Below are positions 42,108 through 54,305 of a stretch of 64,000 nt of DNA, piece after piece (within the stretch, counting starts at the first letter, position 1; the number at the start of each line of letters is the position of its first letter). The translations under genes were made by a program, and so were the position numbers. This DNA comes from Balanoglossus misakiensis (lineage: Eukaryota; Animalia; Hemichordata). Where the stretch lies: positions 4,157,737 to 4,221,736 of the forward strand of contig CM082598.2 of the NCBI GenBank assembly GCA_040954595.2, in the 5' to 3' direction. A model generated the notes under the pieces. The model made no database searches, was not told where the DNA came from, and saw nothing but the letters and a program-made list of their open reading frames with translations.

Positions 42108-45100
42108 ATGAAGTTACTGCTTGTAATTGCTGCCATAGCTGTAGCTACGGTAGAGTCCTATGGTAAGCCACCATTTTGTCTTCTTGGATTCGACAGAACA
42201 AAGCGACCCAGTAACTTATGCTTTTTCCATTGCAGGCAAACCTGAAAAGCCACCTGTGGTCTGGACTGCAATGAATGCTTTCGTGAAAGAATGTATGATC
42301 CTAAACAAAACACAAAACCCAATTTCTTCCCTAGTGTCCACGCAGTAGACTTGCAACACTGTAGACAATATATTTGAACTGAGACTGGCAACAATTTGTA
42401 CATCCCAGTTTATGCAGCTCAATCCGTTTTCATTGTAACACGCCTCATGTCATATCACTCAACCTCAATTTTCAGACAATGTTGCTTTGAACAAGCCTGT
42501 GGGCGGCAAAAGACTGATAAGTGGGCAAGACACCTGGAGATATCTGACGGACGGCGACCCGAACACCTGCGCCGATTCCGGCGCGCTCGTCCGCAATCCA
42601 GCCTTCAAGATTGATTTGGGCCAAGAGCACATTGTTCACAGCGTCAAATTGGTATTCGCACCGAACTGTGACAACACCATCAGTGGAGCCGGATGTAAGT
42701 GTCAATATTTTTCAACAGCCATCCAATACTTCATCAGCATAATCAACGAATGTTGAAAATACAGTATTAAAGCGCGTAGCTCATCTCACACGCATGCTCC
42801 AACTGTAGCCGCTGGTTATACAGACATTTAGTGAACAGTCAATCCCATAAGGCAGTGCTCACACAAGATGGCGGCGACCATAATATGTGTCGGAGATAGG
42901 GAAAAAACACTAGCTTGGGTGAAAAGGAGGGACAAAACCAGAATCTACTTATACGGTGCGCATGAAATATGGAAAGAAGCGAAGGCAGTCCACTATTTGA
43001 ATGCATCAAACGGAAAATTTGCTGGAAAGTTACGCGCATGCGCCTGAGACGAGCTAGTACCCGCTTTAAAGGCTAACGATTGTCCTATGTGCATATCCAA
43101 AATTTCGCGTGTACAAATTATATTTAGTCCAATCCAAATCTTCTGCAAGTGAGTGGGGGAGTGAGTGAGTGGGAGTTTGGGTGAGGGTACGGGTTGGTGT
43201 ACTGGTGGGTTTAGTCAGTAGGTAGGTGGGTTGGTTTGTGAATGATAGAATGGGCGAATGAATGAATGTTGAATGAATGAATGAATGAATGATTAATGAA
43301 TGTTTTATTAATTAATTAATTAATGATTTGATATGCTGTGAGACCTATTAATCAGCCAGCAGTCAAGCGTTCAAACCCTAATAATGATACTTATTTTTAA
43401 TTTCCGTTTAAGGTGGGTTCGAAACCACTACAATTGAGGTTGGCGATGGCCAAGACTGGAGGCAGGATCAAGACTGTAAAGTAATAAACCTTAAGAGTAA
43501 AAATGCAAAGGGGTCAAGGACAGTGGTGTGTTCGCCAGGTCCTGTTATTGGTAGCCACGTTGTATTTCTCAAAACATCATCGAAGAATCGAGCTATATAC
43601 CTCTGTGAACTCGAAGTGTATGGAGAACCTGTTGGTGAGTACACTGCATTGTATTGTATTGTATTGTATTGTATTGTATTGTATTGTTTTGTATTGTATT
43701 GTATTGTATTGTATTGTATTGTATATTGAGAAATGAAACATTGAATATGATTGTAGTTTATTTTGTGTTGTGTCGTATCGTATTGTATATTATTTTGTAT
43801 TGAACAATGTTTTGCACTAAATTATACTGTATATTACGTTGCATTTTCAATCAAAGAGAAAAGTGCATTTAACAAACAACGTCCGCGGTCCGGGTCATTA
43901 TTTTCCCCGTTGCTATGAAAAGATGGACCATTTAGCATCCTTATCCAAGTGATACATGTGTGTTGTAAATCTTTGATTTCAGTTAACGTTGCCCTCAACA
44001 AAGAGGTTGGCGGGAAGCGGTTACCTAGCGACGGTCTGGCTACTTTGCCAAGTCTGGTGGATGGTGATGCGGCCACGTGTGCTGACTCAGGCTCGTTGGT
44101 TTACCGACCAGCCCTCCAAGTCGATTTAGGCAAAGAGTACATCGTTAAAGCTGTCAAACTAGTGTTCCCATCGGACTGTAAAAACACGATCAGCGGATAC
44201 GGCTGTAAGTATATGCCTCTTGTAAAATTATTGTAATTGATAAAATATTTCAACCTTCTCTTTATCCTTAGTCCACAAATGACACTATTTTGGATTGCAA
44301 CGATTCTAATACTCAGTGATTTTGTTAATTTTATATCAAAAATACAAGTGTTCTGAGAAAAACAAAATTCAATTCATGAATTACTACGATTACAATATTT
44401 ATTTCCTTTTCTTAATACTATAAACAATAAATTTTGCCAGGGAGAGCAACTTCAGTTTGTTTTTACTCTTCATTAGTGTAATGTATTTAAAGTAAGATAT
44501 GTCCTGACGAAAGTAATCATGTAAATATCAGGTCTTATGAATGATACTGTAAAACACTTTATTTTCGCGAGCATTAAATTTACGCTAAATACGCGAGAGC
44601 CAAAAAAACGCGAAAATAAAGACTCGCGTAACAGTGGCCTCTGTCGATATCGCGAAAATTTTGACTCGCGAAAAAAAAGTGTTTTACAGTAGTTAAAACA
44701 GAAAACCTCAATGTTATATCTTCCAGGTAGCTATCGCGATTCACTGATTGAAATCGGTGAGGGTCGGGACTGGAGGGTCGACCAGGACTGCACAACAATG
44801 AACCTCGCCCCAGAGAATGCCAAGGGTCAGATCACTCGAGTGTGTAGTCCAGGCCCGATCGTCGGAAGATTCGTCACCCTGCTCAAGTTGCTACAGAACG
44901 ACCGAGCGATACATCTCTGTGAACTGAAAGTGTACGGGGAACCTGTGAACCCACGTGAGTATTATTATTATTATTATTAATCTTAATTTCAGACACAACC
45001 GTCCATAGATATTAGTTACAAAAAACTGGCAAAAAACACTAAAAAAAACTAATAAATAAAATAAGTTTAACAGTTTAACATTATACAGAGTTTCTCACAC

Positions 45101-47894
45101 TTCTGGTCGCGGCGAGGGTGTGGAATCGAGAGAGTGTGAACAAATCGATCCCACACTCTAGCAGATTCGACAGGTCTACCGTACATGACGCGAGCTCTGA
45201 TTGGATAACAAAGCGTTCAGTAATAACTGGCGCTAAATCTTATCCAATGGCATCATGTGTAAGACATGGGCAGAAAATACACAACGTAAGGTCTACATAA
45301 AGCGAGCTCTGATTGGATGACAAGCATTCTGTAATAACTGGCGCTAATTGTTATCCAATGGCGTCATGTGTATTAAAGACATAGGCAGAAAATACTCAAC
45401 ATGCCAGACGATAGTTAAAAAGCATCCGATCTGTTGTGAAAGCTTTGTCTTTAAAAATGTAAAACGCGTTGGTCGAGAGGCTTGAGACAAGAAGATCAAG
45501 AAGGGCGGCATTTGTTCTGTGCTAACTCTATGTGGTGAAGACGCCTGCAGTTTTAATGACGTCAACTTTTTTCTTTTGAACCAACCGCAGCCACACTTCC
45601 TCCACCAACTACTTTACCGCCACCACCACCAACAACTGAACCACCACCACCACCACCACCGACCACACCCGCACCACCACCACCACCACCAACTACTGAA
45701 GCGCCAATAGGTGAGTACATATATCACTTCAATCTCTTTGACATGCTTATGCGGCACCATGTTTAATGCCTTGCCTAAAATACTGAGTACTTACAATGTA
45801 CAAAGGTAAAGTTTTTGGCGAAACATTGAAACAGTGTAGCAATATTATATATGTACTTTCCCCTATAAAATAGTTCAAATAATCGATAATTATTAACTGT
45901 ATGAGTGTCATTTGTTTGCAAAATTCTACCAAAATCTCATTCTAACATTTGCTAAACTCATCTTGTTTTCAGATATTACAACCATACCTACAACAGCCGG
46001 TAAGTGCAACAATTATTTGACTGATGCAAGTTTTTTAATGTTTCATAGTTCAAAGCTCTATGTTTGGCCAGTAGCTGGACCCAGTGTCTCAGCAAATATC
46101 CAGTGTCTGTGGGGAGCAAAGGCATCCGGAATTTCTGGTTCTAAGGCTTTTGAACCACTTCTATTTAGGATGGATGAATTGAGATACATATGCTTCAATT
46201 GGCTATTTTTTTTCAATACAATATACTCCTTTTCTTTTATAAATTGTACCATCTCTTTCATGAAAAACTTGTTGAAACATTGACGTGACATACACATTTC
46301 AATGGTTTTTAGTTCAACATCATCTAACCACAGCAATGGTTATTGGCTGTCACACACGAACACAGACATACACACATACATTCGTACATACGGTATATGA
46401 AGTTTGCGGTTCGACTTATCCCATACAAAGTGCTCATAGTAGAGCAGAATATAAAGTTAGGATAATTGGAGAAACGAAAGGTGGTATAATCTCTACAACG
46501 CTGTTCCGTATGTAAGTCACTGGACTATATATATACCACCTATCGTTTCTCCAACTACCCTAACTTTACTTACATACAGCACATATATACATACATATCA
46601 TAACATACACAGTGACAATAAACAAAAATACCCTGTACAACTCTCCAGAAAACCTGACATTAATGTTTTGTCAATTTTTTTTATAGCATGTGAATACCCA
46701 GCTAACCTAGTTAACGTGGCTATGGGCTCATCAGTTAGTCAGAGTTCAACAAATGCTAAAGTTGGTGGAACAGCTGACAAGGCCGTGGACGGCAACAAGA
46801 ACAGTGACTTGAGGGCAGGAAAGTCTTGCACACAAACGAACAAAGAATTCCAGCCGTGGTTTAAGATGGACTTGGGAGAATCTCGCGATATCCACAAAGT
46901 AGTCATCACCAACAGACAGGATTGTTGCTGTAAGTATACAGTGTTTCATTCAGGATGGTACCGGTCAGCAGGGGGGATATGTCCCTCTTTGCCAGAATAT
47001 TTGAGGGGGATTCCACTCTGGCAAAGGGGGACTGTAATATCTTCAACAGTGACATAATTTTAAGGGGTACTGGTCCCCCCCTTGACAAATTTTCTAGAGG
47101 GTGCCATCATGTCAATAGGGGGTGAATCCCCCATCCCCCATCTAGATGAAACACCGGAGTATATGAATATCATCCACCAAAACACGTTGACAAATAGTCA
47201 ATTTTCATAAGAATTCCTACACAGGGCCAATATATCATGGATAAGGGTTTATCATCTCAAATTAAATTGTTTAGCAGCATTATTCTCCGAAGGGGAAAGT
47301 TTCAATGCATTGTGACGACAGTTGCAATGTACCATCTGGGCTTTTTGACCCCCCCCCCCCTGTCAAATGGTGAAGCCCAGTATTCATCCGGTAGTTGTAC
47401 GCTATAGACAATTCTGACAAGTCAACAAGCACTTAAAATGCTTACCCATAGTAACATATGGTGCTAAGGTCGAATGTTTCACTTAATAATGCGTTCTTCC
47501 ATATACCATCAGCCTTCCATATACCACTGTCACTCCTAATTAAAGGCCCACAGTACTGGACGTGGACACACAAAACCACCATACTGTAAACATGGCCAAA
47601 TGTTACAGCTAATGGCGCTCTAATAAGAATAAGGTTCTCATGTTAACATACTGTACTTGCATTGCAGCTTTCCGTATCAAGAACGCAGAAGTTCGCGTTG
47701 GCGACAGCCCTAACATGGCAGAGAATCCAGTCTGTGGTCACATGGTGTTGGGCAAGAGATCCCGCCAGGAGACCATTACTGTGGGCTGTGGTTGCGACAC
47801 TCCCATGACTGGAAGATACGTCAGCATCCAGCTGATCGACAAGACCCAGATGCTGCACTTTTGCGAAGTAGAGGTCCTTGCTTTGCCCAACTAA
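42108..47894 (+). CDS. Secreted F-type lectin (fucolectin-fold) protein (~520 aa): two divergent FTL-like domains, Pro/Thr linker, one near-canonical FTL domain
   Basis: TATA at ~41540 and a non-coding exon ending 41618. Coding exons 42108-42162 (MKLLLVIAAIAVATVESY), 42476-42694, 43413-43634, 43983-44204, 44727-44954, 45591-45710, 45973-45999, 46687-46929 and 47668-47894 total 1563 nt. Motifs NVA...DG...C...DLG...CE(L/V)(E/K)V occur three times. Domain 3 has QSST...AVDGN...PWFKMDLG...VVITNRQDCCSFR...GRYVSIQL...LHFCEVEV. Confidence 0.88.
42771..43065. mobile_element. TTAA-target MITE, inverted copy of 31930-32219
   Basis: Same TIRs and internal sequence (...GGTTTTGTCCCTCCTTTTCACCCAAGCTAGTG...) on the opposite strand. 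Confidence 0.85.
46940..47156. mobile_element. Uninterrupted copy of the CAGTGTTTCAT TIR element; related partial copies near 3204-3300 and 5348-5430
   Basis: CAGTGTTTCATTCAGGAT...CCATCTAGATGAAACACCG; body matches 31188-31227 plus 31430-31609. Confidence 0.75.
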
Positions 47895-49369
47895 CGGCAA
47901 GCAGAGGTCATCAGATTCTCAAATAAATACAAGCTATGTTTCTGTCACTTTCATACATTTACTGAGGTCTTCTTTTTTTGTCATAGGGCATATTTGGATT
48001 GGGAGAATGCACTTTGTATAAGTCATTTGATCAAATCAAATAGTTATGCCACATCTTTAGCAGTAAATAAAACTCAAAAATACTACAGACTTTCTGTTCT
48101 CTGACAGTTTTATTCATCCCCATGATTAATATAGATCAGAAAGAATACAAAGCAATCATCAAGAAGAGACAAATAGATGTACATAACATTATCTTTTTTG
48201 GAAACTAAATTCATACACAAAAAGATCTTTCTTCAAAAACATTTCTCCAAACACAATAACTAGATAAATCGGGCAAACATTTATGGCAAAAACAAGTCTA
48301 AATATAACACTACAGCAATTTAGCGGTTTGGAAATGTATTTTCTAAGCAATATAGTCAAACTTTCCACGTTTTCCAATTTATCAACCACGCGCAAGTTTA
48401 CTTGATGTGTTATGTGACTTCAATTAATTCGGCATAAAAACCACTTGGATAAAAATCGACGAAAACCGCATCACCTACGCTGTATGCATGCAAATTAGTC
48501 AAAACTTATAGAAAGCAGTATATCTCCCTAACTTCTAGTTGTTACCAGACGTGCTAAGTAGATATTTCACTGCACATCCTGCCGGAAACCATGTTCTCCT
48601 ATAGACCTTCTTTTTTCACCGAAGTCACGTTCTCACTTTGAGGTAACTATCGGTCGTCATTATCGTCATCTTAATGCCCGGTTATCCAGTAAAACGACAC
48701 TGCAAGGTTTTTTTTGACACGCAGCGCAGATTTCCGTGTAAACAACAATTCAAGGGAATCGAGTGGTTTGTGCGCCTCAGGCCTGAGAACTGGTAAAAAC
48801 AGGCATGGAAAAAACTATTTTTACCCTTTTCAGACGTTTACGTCAACGGTTTCCTTGTATTCGTTTACTCAAGTATGGTAGATAGTGTATGGACTATCTA
48901 TACACAATACATTTACAATCAGAATAAATGTCGCTGTCTCCTGAAAGTCGAATATATCAAGTGACAACAAATCACAGGTCACAGACGTCGATTATTTAAA
49001 TATATGAAATCACAGGTTACAGACGTCGATTATTTAAATATATGCAAATGCCCTAACAGTTGATCGTCTTATACAGAATGATAAAGTTTTGGAAAGAAAT
49101 ATCAGTTTTTAAAAGCAAATTTTGAGCTGCGGTGCATTTTAATAATGTGTTAATAACAATTATGGGATCGTTATATACTGAATGCTACACTTTCTTGACC
49201 TCCATGCAGTATTCCATTAATTTTAATATTTGACTGACCTTTGTAAAACTGAACACCTATTAATCAAACACAAAACGTCTATGAATATGTGGAAATGACA
49301 CAAAAGATAAATTCATGTTCAGAAAATGTACTATACGTTTCCAAAAGGACATCCTTCTCTTGCATCGGA

Positions 49370-50887
49370 TCATGCAGTTGTCTTTCTCCGAAGTTTAGTT
49401 GGACTTTCTGAATCGATTTCGAACGCAAGATTTTCACGGCAACTAGACGGCGGACAAGAGATACCGATGCAGTTCTCGGCGTGACCAGTGGCGGACTGTG
49501 GTTGGGTCGCTCGAGGTTCTCCCAAAGTCTCATTTTCTTCGTGGCTCGGTTTTGGTGACTTTTCACTCACTCCTGTCGAATCTTCAGAATTCAACTGGTC
49601 GCCGGATGATAAGCCCTGGACGATTACGGCCAATTGGGGAACCTCTCCTTCGTTGCAAGATCTGCCTTCTGGACTTTCTGAGTCGATTTCGAACGCAAGA
49701 TTCTCGCGGCAACTAGAAGGCTGGCCAGCGCTACTGATGCGACGTTCGGCTTGGCCAGTGTCAGGCTGCGCTCGGGGCTGGGGTTGTCCCGGAGTACGGT
49801 TCTTTTCGTTGCGTGTTTTTGATGATATTTCACTCAGTTGTGTCGAATCTTTAGACTGCTTACCTGATGGGCCTTTGCTCGATTTTGGACTCTCTCCTCC
49901 ACCACAAGATCCACAGTGAAGAATACGAGCAAACTCTCGACGAAAATTGCTGGCGAAGAGAGCGTAGATGAACGGGTTGATGAAACTATTCGCTGTGCTG
50001 ATGGGCAGGACGACAATGCGCGAGAGTTTGTAATGATAAAATGTCATGAGGTGATTGTAGTGTAACAGCCGCGCGATGCGAGCCGGGCCCCAGCCAACCC
50101 CAAACGTCGCCACCAACACTATAAGCACCCTCGCCGCTCGCCTCTTGCGTCGCTGGGAGGTGTCGTTCACCGAGTCTTTGGAATACAACACGGCAATAAT
50201 CTTGGCGTACAGGAAAAGGATTACCAGCAACGGTATGGTGTACACGAGCAAGAAATCAGAGATGGCAAACAACCCCATGTGATCATCTGACGACACGTAG
50301 TCACAGGTAGAAATGGTGATGTTGCTCCTGCCGACTCTCACGGTCTTCGAAACGATGCCATGATTGACCGCAGAGAAGTAACTCGAATAGACGAGCGACG
50401 CCGACAAGGCCAGCAGGGTCATCAAGACTGCCTGGGTGGTGGAAATTCGCCGCTTTAACGGGGTGACGATGACACGGTAGCGGTCGACGGCAATGCACAG
50501 GATTAAGAAGATCGTTGAATTCATGCATGTCCACGTCACTGTCATTATTGAGACGCACAGAAGTTGGTTCGAGACATAGAAATTTCGAAACAAGATTGCT
50601 ATTCTGGTGGGAAGGAAAATCACCCCAACCAGCAGATCTCCGACAGCAAGAGACGCGATGAAGATATTTGAAGCGGATTTCTTCACCTTGTGTAGACGGT
50701 ACACAGCGACTATGACCAATAAGTTGCCACCGATGACTAAGATAGAACTCCCGATGAAAAACCCGCTGAGCGTCAGGTTTGCCGTGTCTCCGCTTTGTGG
50801 TCTCCTCCCAGGACCAAGAACATCCACGTCTTCAAAAGTGTCGTTGTTCGATTTCCCTTCGAGTGACATCGCTGGAACTTCCATCAT
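49370..50887 (-). CDS. Rhodopsin-class (class A) orphan GPCR with an intronless CDS and a long C-tail
   Basis: Seven hydrophobic segments with GNLLVI (TM1), SLAVGDLL (TM2), AVDRY (TM3), YTIPL (TM5), FGVGWGP (TM6) and NSFINPFIY (TM7). The likely start is MMEVPAM at 50887, because a tgttttgcag acceptor lies at ~50907; the track ORF extends to 50980. Confidence 0.92.
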   Translation of the reverse strand: MMEVPAMSLEGKSNNDTFEDVDVLGPGRRPQSGDTANLTLSGFFIGSSILVIGGNLLVIVAVYRLHKVKKSASNIFIASLAVGDLLVGVIFLPTRIAILFRNFYVSNQLLCVSIMTVTWTCMNSTIFLILCIAVDRYRVIVTPLKRRISTTQAVLMTLLALSASLVYSSYFSAVNHGIVSKTVRVGRSNITISTCDYVSSDDHMGLFAISDFLLVYTIPLLVILFLYAKIIAVLYSKDSVNDTSQRRKRRAARVLIVLVATFGVGWGPARIARLLHYNHLMTFYHYKLSRIVVLPISTANSFINPFIYALFASNFRREFARILHCGSCGGGESPKSSKGPSGKQSKDSTQLSEISSKTRNEKNRTPGQPQPRAQPDTGQAERRISSAGQPSSCRENLAFEIDSESPEGRSCNEGEVPQLAVIVQGLSSGDQLNSEDSTGVSEKSPKPSHEENETLGEPRATQPQSATGHAENCIGISCPPSSCRENLAFEIDSESPTKLRRKTTA

Positions 50888-53800
50888 CTTTTCACCTCTC
50901 CGAGCGCTGCAAAACATCAAAATGCAGCAGCGAACGATTTGCGAGAAATATATACGCGAATCTCGGTAGTGCCCTTGCAAAACTGTAGAATCTTAGGCAG
51001 TCACTTTGAAGAAACTGGAAGTTTGCTTTGAAACGGAATCATGGGAAGTATTTTTACACGAATACAGCCTATTGGATTGGCTTTTTTTCCACAACCAGTA
51101 AATTTTAAAGTTTTGACTCTCTTGGACTCGACCATAATTCGCGTGGGTGTCCGTGTATCTGTCAATGATGGTGAGGTGCTTCGGCTGATCTGCACACGTG
51201 GTTGGTGTTCCTGTAAATTGTTCTTAAAGGTATACAGTCACCCCCAGTTTACATAAGCCCATATATGGCTGAAATGGCGTATTTGAGCGTTCTAAAAAAC
51301 ATATGGTGGCGCTCTCTTTTTTTCGCGTGTGCCACCCACTGAAAATCTGTGATTGGCTAGATCTCAATTTGCCATGGTAACTATAGCTAATTTTCCATAA
51401 GTGACCGTATAACTTTAAACCCTGTCCAAGTGAATGTTTAAATGTTTTCAGTATTTTTGTTTTGTGAATCTACTGCGTTTTCTTGTTCAAATCTCTGGAA
51501 CATGGTGAAATGCCCAGTATCCACACCCTCTATTGGTAACGTAAGCATTGTTACTGAGCAAATTTCGAATTCAAGTCCGGACTTAATTCATTTGCCAACA
51601 ATAACAATGGCCGTTACTCACATGCAGGATGTGTTGACAAGTGGAGTACTGGGTATATTAGCATCCTGTTTGGAGTAGACCAAGAAATTGCATTTTGTAC
51701 ACAGAACAAAATCACTGAAAAAAAATATCCCTTGGTGAAGATGTGAAAGGCCTCAAGCCAGAACAGTAAACACCAAAGCTGAGGTACACCAAGATACATT
51801 TGCCCCAACCCTCAGAATTAATGTCACGTGACGTGAAATGAAGCAGTGTGTCCTTCCGAAGTGTGATATCCTCTGACCGTAAAGCGGACGAACCGTTTCC
51901 CTGTACATGTAACAATTAATGAACCATGTATATTCTGGCTTGTAACTCGAGGGAATATTGTACAAAACGTGAGAAGGTCACCATATTCGCAACCACCATT
52001 TTTTTCATATTTTTCCCTTTGACACAGAGCGTACTGTCTGACTTTGCGATTTAAAACAATAGCTAAATCATCACCAGATTAATTAATGATCAGTGGCTAT
52101 TGACGCCCAAGTAAAAAAAAACTATCATGACCGACTTAGTGTTTTGGCTAATTTGAATATTTTCGATTAATTCCAATTCATATATTGTCATTCTGTACTT
52201 TATTGTTCAGAATTTATCGTGAAATTCGGTGGTTGTGATATAGAAGTTCAAAATTCGTTTTCAAAAATTCAGAAATCGGGTAAAACAACACAATTTTTAC
52301 ATGTTTGTCTGAGAAACACTCCATAAATCTTCACACACTTGGGTATCTTCCGTGTTGCGAAGATCAAAGGAAATCGATACAGATGTTACCAACATTGTCT
52401 GCCGTGTTGTCACGGCAACGCGCTTCCTAGCATCCACACTCAGAGACTCAGTGGCGCCCTATTTCCATGGCAACACCAAAACTCGTAATGTTTCTCGTTC
52501 ATCCGTTTCAGTGATCAAGTGAAAGCCTCGTATACAGTGTTCAAGAAGTTTGCGCCCTGGTTGAGTGCCCGTACAGTTGATTGTAAGTACCGAACAATCT
52601 CACACTTTTGTCGTTTTGGTTTCGGTATATCACGCTCTCTTCGATCGTTTTAACTTGTAATCAGAGAAAACATACTTTGGATCGACTACAACGTTGATTA
52701 TTATGGAGCCTTGAAAAAAAACTGACGCTAATTACATCCGCGCTCCAGTTAAAGTCAGAATGCGCCTCGGGAACCGATTTTTCAGAATAATGGTAGTCCC
52801 CCAAACCTTTCAATTCTATGCCACATAACAGTGTGGGTGGACAATTTTAGCTCTGTAGTCAAAACTTTGCAAGGTGACCTCTGATTTTCATTCTCAATTT
52901 TGGGAGCTGCAGAGAATAACCTGAAGATGCTTTTAGTAAAGTATCAGAACATCGCAACTGGCCTAATGTACGACTAGGAGGAGCAGCTACTAATTCGAGA
53001 ATCAGGGATTGAAAATTGCCTCTTTAATTAAAGACTTGGATTTTCGAGGAGCAGTCTACCATAAAACAAAGGGATTTGTCATTACGGAGCTCGGAAAATG
53101 GTCTATTCACGGAAGATCTGAGCCAAATGCTTTGTGCAAATATTGGTAAGTAAATGTCGTACACAGTAATATGGCTTAATGGTGAAGATTTTAGAGGATA
53201 GGGAATATATTTGAAGTATTTTACTGCAGAAAAAAATATGTGAAATTTGGCAGCTATAGGGGCTTTAAACACAATTAGCTTCGTTTGGCGCGTGCGTGAT
53301 AAGGTGTCTCACTGTCCCGTTAGGTAAAGCAGTCGAGTAAACAGCACTTGCTTTCACGGTCACGTACATTCTGCCATAGACCTTGGGTACTTCTCGCGAT
53401 ATGTAAATAAGCGTAGAGAAGAGCAGCCTTCTAACTTTATACGCTAACAATCAACCAACGGTCAATGACTTTGTCAGAAGGCAAAATCCAGTTTTCTCTC
53501 TCTTACATCCATGGTTTAGGCGTCGAATGGAATCTTTGCAACCAAATTTTTATATGGATATTGTTTAACCGTACCTTCGCCTATCCTCCAACACCGGTTA
53601 ATTTAAGTGTTTTACAGTAGTTTTCAGGCCAGGTATGCTGTTAAAAACGTGCAATGCACACGCGTACACATGATAACTATTGTGAATTTGTGCATACGGA
53701 GTCAATATGCTGATATACACGTAACAATATTACCATCTGAATCAAATTATATTTCCGCCGTCATACTGTCACCATAAATAACACCTTTCGAATGCATTAA

Positions 53801-54095
53801 GCTTTTAAATACGAAAACAATCACATATATGATTTGATTTCTTCACAGGGCCAACAAGGATCTCTATAAACGTGTCCACACACACCAGACTGGGACCAGA
53901 GTCGACCACAAACCACCCCATTCGACTGGGACCAAAATTGTCCGGACAAGAATCGGCGAGACCCGTTCACACCTGTTTTTTCGCTCGGCCACGTACCTTG
54001 CTAGGACAAGGGCCTAGCCTTTTTCGAGTAATGTGAACGGCCTAATTATTAACTCTTGTTGCAACAAGTAAGTGGTGTTATTTCAGATTAGGATT

Positions 54096-54305
54096 AGGCC
54101 AAAATAAAAAATGTGTGCTGTTCCGATTACCCGATGTCACATATACAAAATTTATGAAAATTGCGAGAACTATGACGTCATTCTTCTACACTACGGCGGC
54201 CAGAGAAACAAAAACATTGCAAAAAAAAATAAAAAAAATTCCCTACCAACCTACCCTATTTTTGAAAACCATGTAATCGGAACAGCACATATTTTTTTAT
54301 TTGAC
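54096..54305. mobile_element. MITE family with GGCCAAA..AAAA.ATGTGCTGTTCCGATTAC termini; also 55125-55422 and fragments near 21659, 29870-29920 and 33500-33545
   Basis: Inverted termini TGTGCTGTTCCGATTAC / GTAATCGGAACAGCACAT recur across the window. Confidence 0.7.

Noticed and set aside
45190-45400. ~112-bp tandem duplication with CCAAT-like motifs; small hairpins at ~11741-11823 and ~46449-46569; shared fragment 27236-27323 / 53921-54043
   Set aside because: Consistent with ordinary transposon remnants; nothing in the sequence supports a function.
45519-45710. His-rich ORF (HHHH...)
   Set aside because: Wrong frame; splice phases place this exon in the Pro/Thr frame of the lectin gene.
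46313-46338. Second possible micro-exon in the lectin linker
   Set aside because: 26 nt with a weak donor; not frame-preserving between phase-1 introns.
50888-50980. N-terminal extension of the GPCR ORF (MQGHYRDS...)
   Set aside because: Non-ATG start that crosses a polypyrimidine-CAG acceptor at ~50907; probably intronic.
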